Shown: in pieces, positions 58,694 through 64,000 of the stretch
Layout: every line of letters begins with the position of its first letter
Position numbering within the stretch: the stretch's first letter is position 1
IMG/VR virus record: IMGVR_UViG_3300045988_108174
Length of the DNA: 64,000 bases
Source of the DNA: a virus
Reading direction: 5' to 3' (one strand)
Program-made: the position numbers and the translations under genes
Notes under the pieces: generated by a model
What the model saw: only the letters and a program-made list of their open reading frames with translations
What the model was told of the DNA's origin: nothing
Databases searched by the model: none

Positions 58694-61600
58694 AAATTTT
58701 CTGCAAAAAATCGTTCAACTTACTAAACTTGTCATTCATATTGGGCGTGATATTTATTCCTCTCATATACGGATCCCTCATCTGATCAAGACGTTCTTGA
58801 ACAGCCTCCTTCACGTATTTTACAAAGAAGTACTGAGGACACTTCTGGTGAATGCTATTCCAGTAATCCGCATACTCATCATTACCTGGATCCAAAGGAA
58901 CAAAATCCGAGAACAACAATGCAGGATTTTTAGAATTTTTAGTCCTTTTGTCATAGAAATTGACCGCTACCTCTCTCGAACCCCTATCGTCCATTCCTTC
59001 CAACTGAACTGATATGTTATCAGACATGTCAATAAAATTATCAACAAGGGTTTTAATAACATTCATTTCTTCCGGCTTAAGGTAAGAACCATGAACCTTT
59101 ACTATATCATAAAGATCATTCTTAACATCAGCCTTAGAAGCCAAACGAGGAAGGCCATTACGTATAAGATACTTATCATAAGAATAACCTTCCTTCTTTC
59201 CGGCATCTACAAAATCACAGGTTCCAAAACTTGATTTGTAGCCATCTACCGGATAATTGCGCTCCTCGACCGAAGGATCTATACCCGCCTTAAGAAGCTC
59301 GTCATTCGTAATCTCAACTCTTTCTGTAACATGAGAATTTTTACCGGAACCTACTTGAGCAGTCAAGAATCTTCTAACAGTGCCATTATCTATCTCGGCA
59401 TCCATATTAATGGCATTAATAGCAGTAGGATCCAGATTATCTACCTTTCCTGCCATGTAACCGGACAATCTTCTAAACTGAGCCTTCTGCAAAGACTTTT
59501 CCGGTGAATCGGCATTCCAATTGTATCTTTTGTAAGAATCAAGGTAATGATACTGAGATAGCTTATCAGAAATCTGATCGGGAGATACAGACATTTTTAT
59601 CTCATCCTGCATCTGACCTGCTATCATATCAGACACCCTACTGTTTTTTTCAGCATATCTTAGCTGGGTAATAGTCAATGGTTCACCTTCCTGATAATCT
59701 TTTAAATCTATATCACCATCCTTATCTATGGTCATATAATCAGATATATTAAAATCAGGATCGCCATTGAGTTTCTTCATTCCATTAATAAGAGCCAATG
59801 TACCGGTAGAAGAACCATTATTCTCGCTTGTAATAGCATCAGATATGTTTTTCCCCAACTTGCCGGCACTCACCTTAGCTCCTGATGACGGAGATATAGC
59901 ACTAAGAATATCTATTCCTCTTGAAGGGTCCATCATGTATTCTCTGAACCCTACGGCATCAGATACACCAGTTGTTATGGCTGTGGCGAGTAGGAAGGCT
60001 CCAGCCTTGTCATCTGTATCGGTAAGATTTATAAAAGAATTTCCTTTCATAAACTTAGCATTACGAACTTTACGGATAATATCCTTATTTTTTTTAGTAA
60101 CTATATTATCTATTTGATAATCAGTTATGTTATTTATAGCCTTTGCAGCTCCATTTGCCTTAGAATCAGAAAGAAGTAAAGCATCATAAGCTTCAGACAA
60201 TCTGTTATTTCCTTGTCCGAAATATCCGTTTTTCTGACCTCCATTATTTTTTAAATAAGAATATATCCGTTCTTCAGGAGTCATATTAGCATACAATCCT
60301 GGGTCAGTTTTTTCTTCTTCGTATGATGCTGCAACGATATTGCTTCTGTCTGTAGGAGATAATGAATTATATAATTTCAATAAATTTGCTCTACGCTCTG
60401 TGGAAGAAGATGTGAGTTGTTCATAAGGGATATTAGCCAAATTAACAGATCCTATCTTACCCGTTCCAGAATTGATAGCCGTAGGCCCGTCCATAGGAGC
60501 CATCGGCACTCCTACACCGCCTGCTCCTCTTGTGCCTCCGGATGAGCTTTCAGTGCCCATCTTGGAACCGTAAGTACGCATGTATTCGGTTTCAATCTTA
60601 GCCTGAGCAAGCTGCTCATTCGCCAATGATATTTCAACCATAGACTTGGCATTGTCAGTCAAAAACTTTCGCTGAGCCCTATCCTCTGCCAACCTTGCAA
60701 AATAAAGATCATCTTTCTTCCTTTCAAAACTTGTATTGTCGTATCTCCATGCATCAACCATCTTATCGAAAAGATTATTGGTAACAACAAAATTAGCAGC
60801 CGCTACCGGATCTGATGAAGCTATTATCATATCTGCCTCCCTCTTGGCTTCTGCTTTCTGATTTTTAGCTTCCTGTATCTGACTGTCAATACGATCAATA
60901 ATATCTTTATTATCCCCTACTGATTTCTTTTTCGCTTCCAATGCTCCTATATGCCTATCGTATCTTTCGACATAAGACCCAATGTATTGACTAACCAAAT
61001 CCGGATTACTGAACACCGGATTGGTAGCTGCCATATATGATGCCTCTATTCTCATCTGATTCCTCATGTTTTCAGATAAGTTAGCAGACACAAAATTCCT
61101 TATCTGGGAATCTGTAAGTTCATCTACGTTAACTTCTATAATCCCACCAGTAGGATTACCTTTAACATCATATTCTGTTGTTTGAATCTTCTTGCCTTCG
61201 TTATTTTTCCTAAAGTCACTAACCAGCTTATTTATCTCCTTAGTATAATCGACATAAGGAGAATAATGAAGACCTCCTAACCTTGATCCTGCTTTACCAT
61301 CTGACCTCCATTTGTAATAAGGATCCAAAGCATGCCATTCATTAATAGGAGAATAAAGTTCAGGATGATTCTGTTTTAGAGATTCTATTTCCTTCATAAC
61401 CCTCTTGCCTTCTTTTGTGCCGGCAATAGCGTTAATGACCGTATCATCCAACACCGAACTTATCTCTCCTTGTATGGCTCTCGTAACACCATCAGAAGAA
61501 AGATCCGCGCCTTTGAATTTTTGATTGATGTTAGCAATCACACCTGACATCTTATCTTCCATATAAGCGCGGGCTTCAGGCTTATCTATCTCTTGACCCA

Positions 61601-61745
61601 TAAGATAATCTACCTGGGTATAGATCTTTTCACGAGCAGCATCAACCTTCTGCTGTTTGTACATCATGACGTCCTTAACAAGATCTATGTTGTAAGGACT
61701 AACATACGGGGCATATTGCCTTAAAATACTATACTGTGAAGCCAC
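58686..61745 (-). CDS. Large 1019-aa virion-type protein of unknown function
   Basis: Overlaps both neighbours (8 nt and ATGA). Confidence 0.8.
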   Translation of the reverse strand: MASQYSILRQYAPYVSPYNIDLVKDVMMYKQQKVDAAREKIYTQVDYLMGQEIDKPEARAYMEDKMSGVIANINQKFKGADLSSDGVTRAIQGEISSVLDDTVINAIAGTKEGKRVMKEIESLKQNHPELYSPINEWHALDPYYKWRSDGKAGSRLGGLHYSPYVDYTKEINKLVSDFRKNNEGKKIQTTEYDVKGNPTGGIIEVNVDELTDSQIRNFVSANLSENMRNQMRIEASYMAATNPVFSNPDLVSQYIGSYVERYDRHIGALEAKKKSVGDNKDIIDRIDSQIQEAKNQKAEAKREADMIIASSDPVAAANFVVTNNLFDKMVDAWRYDNTSFERKKDDLYFARLAEDRAQRKFLTDNAKSMVEISLANEQLAQAKIETEYMRTYGSKMGTESSSGGTRGAGGVGVPMAPMDGPTAINSGTGKIGSVNLANIPYEQLTSSSTERRANLLKLYNSLSPTDRSNIVAASYEEEKTDPGLYANMTPEERIYSYLKNNGGQKNGYFGQGNNRLSEAYDALLLSDSKANGAAKAINNITDYQIDNIVTKKNKDIIRKVRNAKFMKGNSFINLTDTDDKAGAFLLATAITTGVSDAVGFREYMMDPSRGIDILSAISPSSGAKVSAGKLGKNISDAITSENNGSSTGTLALINGMKKLNGDPDFNISDYMTIDKDGDIDLKDYQEGEPLTITQLRYAEKNSRVSDMIAGQMQDEIKMSVSPDQISDKLSQYHYLDSYKRYNWNADSPEKSLQKAQFRRLSGYMAGKVDNLDPTAINAINMDAEIDNGTVRRFLTAQVGSGKNSHVTERVEITNDELLKAGIDPSVEERNYPVDGYKSSFGTCDFVDAGKKEGYSYDKYLIRNGLPRLASKADVKNDLYDIVKVHGSYLKPEEMNVIKTLVDNFIDMSDNISVQLEGMDDRGSREVAVNFYDKRTKNSKNPALLFSDFVPLDPGNDEYADYWNSIHQKCPQYFFVKYVKEAVQERLDQMRDPYMRGINITPNMNDKFSKLNDFLQKIYG

Positions 61746-64000
61746 TATTTGGTCCTCCTTCTTCTTTTAATTTCATCATCTTCTTTATTTAAACTTCTCA
61801 AGTAAGGTGTGGAATAATCACCCATATTCATCACATCCTGATTACCTTGAACGTAAATAATTTGACCACTTGGAAGCATTCTCATATTTGGAGCTATGGA
61901 AGCTATGGTATTCAACGATGTACGAACATTGAACTTATTCTGTATCTCGCTGTTTATACTATCATAATAACGAGCAAGATTTTCATCCCTTATAGCCATA
62001 GCCTTCAACAACCCAGATTCATAACGTTGCCTTTCTGCTATGTTCTTATCATCTGTCTGAACATAAGCCATTTCATTAAACCTATCAGCTTCGTTTATTT
62101 GCCTTGCGTTATTGAAATTTACTTCATTAACATACTTGGCTATATTGCTTCCAGCTATGGCGTTCATATTAGCCAGAATAGCAGCCCGCTGGGAGTCGGG
62201 CACGTCACCTACTGCGTCTAACTGAGCCGATGTCGCACGGTTGAGCTCGTTGATATACTGATCAGCAGATTGAAGAACCGGGTCTATTCTCGGAGCCTGA
62301 TGTCTTTCCAGGCCTTCTATCTCCAAGCCAGTGTCAAGGGTTCTTAGCATTTCCGGGAAGATAGGACCGAACGCCGCCGGTCTGCCCTGTCCTTTAGGTC
62401 CGTTGTCTTCAACCACCTCCTCTGTATCGGTGTCGGTTGCAGTCGTAGGCGTACTTGCTTTCGGTTTTACCTCTATCCTTCCAGGAGATCCAATCTTAGG
62501 CGGTGTAAGGTCTGGTGCTATGGGACCGGCCTCAATAGGCTTCATTTCTGGTTTAACAGACTCAAGAACGAAGTCTATTTCCGGCATTAACCCACTATCT
62601 CTTAAAGCAACAAACTTATTATAATCGGAGCCCAGAATCTTCTTAGCGGCATCAGATTTATCACCAAATAAGTCAACATAATTCTTTATCCCTTTTTCGT
62701 TTAACAATCTTTTTTGCTCTGCCGAAACAACGTCCAACCCATAATAAGAACGAGTAGCTGTTGTCTGACCAAACTTATCATCTACGGCAAATGAATTATA
62801 AGCCTGATTCCCTCCGTAGCTTCCGGCGTCCTGGCCCCAGAATCCGTACTCATCTCTGAATTTCTTGGCTGCATCAGCATTCGTGATAGCGCCTACATCA
62901 GCTAACGCCCACAATGCATTTAATTGCCTGTTGTATCCTTTCTGAAAACCTTCTGTATCAAAATCACCATCCGTATTGTACTTGTTGGCCCATCGGTTTA
63001 TGTCGAGCAAATTAGATACCGCCTTATCATTTACCCTGCCGTATCCTAAATTGCTTCTATGTTGGAGATTCTGGTTGGCATTGACACTGGAATCAGGATT
63101 AAGAATCTGCTCACGACCACTAACATCAGATACAGTCATATTAAGAGTTCGTCCAAATAACTGATTAATAAGCTTATTGTAGCCGATAGCATTCTTTCTA
63201 AGTTCCTCCAGCTCCTTCTGAGTAGGTCCACCTTCAGCCATTTTTCTGGTTTGCTTAACATACTCGTCATATATCCAGTTCTTAGCATCTGATTCTGCAA
63301 TATTAAAAGCCTTAGCTTGTTTCTTTACCTGATTCAGATCAACAACCCCGCCATCCCTGAAAAAAGCATCCATCCTCTCGTTACGCTTAGATTCTTCCTG
63401 TTTGCCATAAACGATTTCAGCGAAAGAACGAAATTGTGCTTCAAGCTCGTCTATCTCTTTCTGGTTTTCATTGACGTACTTGGAAAGAATAGAAGCATTA
63501 AGATTAGATGTGTTTTTGTCTTTTACATCTTCATTTTTCTCTAATCTCTTATATACACGCTCCTGATCTTCGTACTTATCAGACAAACCTATCTTCTTCT
63601 TATATCGATCAAGGAGTGTAGCATACGTATCTTTTGACGTTGCCTTAATACCATAATTTTCTCTAACGTAAGAGGCAAACTCATCATCTATCTTACGATA
63701 ATCGGAAACAATATAAGCCTCTGGCAAATCAACCGGAGTGCCACCATTTTCATGTCTGTTTCCTTTGGCTTCCATAGGCCCTACGGAGTCAGGAGTCAGC
63801 ACGTACTCGCCTTTCTCTATCTCTACATTCGCAGCATCTTCCATAGACTTGGGAAGAGGATAAATATATTCGCCGGTCATATCAGACGTATCCATCTTCT
63901 GACCGTTACCTAAATTCACGCCACCACCTTCACGTTCCCACTTGATGAATTGCTGACGACGCTCCTTGGCAAGTTTTTCCCTCGCTGCCTGCTCGTCTCT
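61745..64000 (-). CDS. Large protein of at least 752 aa, N-terminally truncated by the window edge
   Basis: Reading frame stays open from 63919 to 64000 (..DEQAAREKLAKERRQQFIKWEREGGGVNLGNGQ..). Confidence 0.75.
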   Translation of the reverse strand, partial: RDEQAAREKLAKERRQQFIKWEREGGGVNLGNGQKMDTSDMTGEYIYPLPKSMEDAANVEIEKGEYVLTPDSVGPMEAKGNRHENGGTPVDLPEAYIVSDYRKIDDEFASYVRENYGIKATSKDTYATLLDRYKKKIGLSDKYEDQERVYKRLEKNEDVKDKNTSNLNASILSKYVNENQKEIDELEAQFRSFAEIVYGKQEESKRNERMDAFFRDGGVVDLNQVKKQAKAFNIAESDAKNWIYDEYVKQTRKMAEGGPTQKELEELRKNAIGYNKLINQLFGRTLNMTVSDVSGREQILNPDSSVNANQNLQHRSNLGYGRVNDKAVSNLLDINRWANKYNTDGDFDTEGFQKGYNRQLNALWALADVGAITNADAAKKFRDEYGFWGQDAGSYGGNQAYNSFAVDDKFGQTTATRSYYGLDVVSAEQKRLLNEKGIKNYVDLFGDKSDAAKKILGSDYNKFVALRDSGLMPEIDFVLESVKPEMKPIEAGPIAPDLTPPKIGSPGRIEVKPKASTPTTATDTDTEEVVEDNGPKGQGRPAAFGPIFPEMLRTLDTGLEIEGLERHQAPRIDPVLQSADQYINELNRATSAQLDAVGDVPDSQRAAILANMNAIAGSNIAKYVNEVNFNNARQINEADRFNEMAYVQTDDKNIAERQRYESGLLKAMAIRDENLARYYDSINSEIQNKFNVRTSLNTIASIAPNMRMLPSGQIIYVQGNQDVMNMGDYSTPYLRSLNKEDDEIKRRRRTK

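Noticed and set aside
52899-60117. Plus-strand ORFs inside the 2213-aa and 1019-aa genes (52899, 54467, 54483, 55173, 56394-57825, 58174, 58647, 59767) and within 61847-63544
   Set aside because: Shadow ORFs antisense to the giant coding sequences.
58686-61745. Virion RNA polymerase (crAss-like DxDGD motif) in the 1019-aa protein
   Set aside because: The only match is a single DKDGD in a short context, with no other double-psi beta-barrel signatures. Chance occurrence is plausible.

Overview
This 64-kb window looks like part of a tailed dsDNA phage (or prophage) genome with low GC (about 35-38%), organised as two convergent gene blocks.

Features:
- The left 33.7 kb is on the + strand and carries about 75 mostly small, tightly packed genes, many with ATGA or TAATG stop/start overlaps. 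They encode a replication and recombination module: a compact ABC ATPase, a primase-like protein, a short DnaB-like helicase, an SF2 DEAD/DEAH helicase, a Cas4-like Fe-S PD-(D/E)XK nuclease, a second PD-(D/E)XK-like protein and a DUF5664 dNTP pyrophosphohydrolase. No DNA polymerase is present in the window.
- The right 30 kb is on the - strand and carries very large virion-type genes, translationally coupled: 724+ aa (partial, runs off the window), 1019 aa, 2213 aa, 179 aa, 752 aa, and further downstream 2140 aa. These are followed by two paralogous small genes that both start MRRRF.
- The two blocks converge on a 13-bp-stem bidirectional terminator at 33683-33727.
- The left end (1-1700) carries tandem repeats (21-bp and ~45-bp units) and a family of tRNA-like T-arm hairpins with compensatory stem changes.
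- Several terminators carry GNRA tetraloops with a conserved loop context.

Findings ranked by interest:
- An acyl carrier protein, NfeD/YqiJ-like membrane protein and SPFH/flotillin (YqiK-like) module inside the early block (22574-25042).
- A 3.6-kb island of ten small genes inserted among the giant structural genes (41648-45251), including a fusion with a DUF2829 (Tad2-like) domain that may sponge Thoeris signalling molecules.
- A 350-bp ORF-less structured locus (15058-15411).
- A DUF1566-domain protein paired with a compact RecF/SbcC-like ABC ATPase (7544-9192).
- Two unusual low-complexity structural proteins: one N/Q/G/C-rich, one RG/RE-rich.

All functional calls rest on motifs read by eye from the translations. 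No database search was run.
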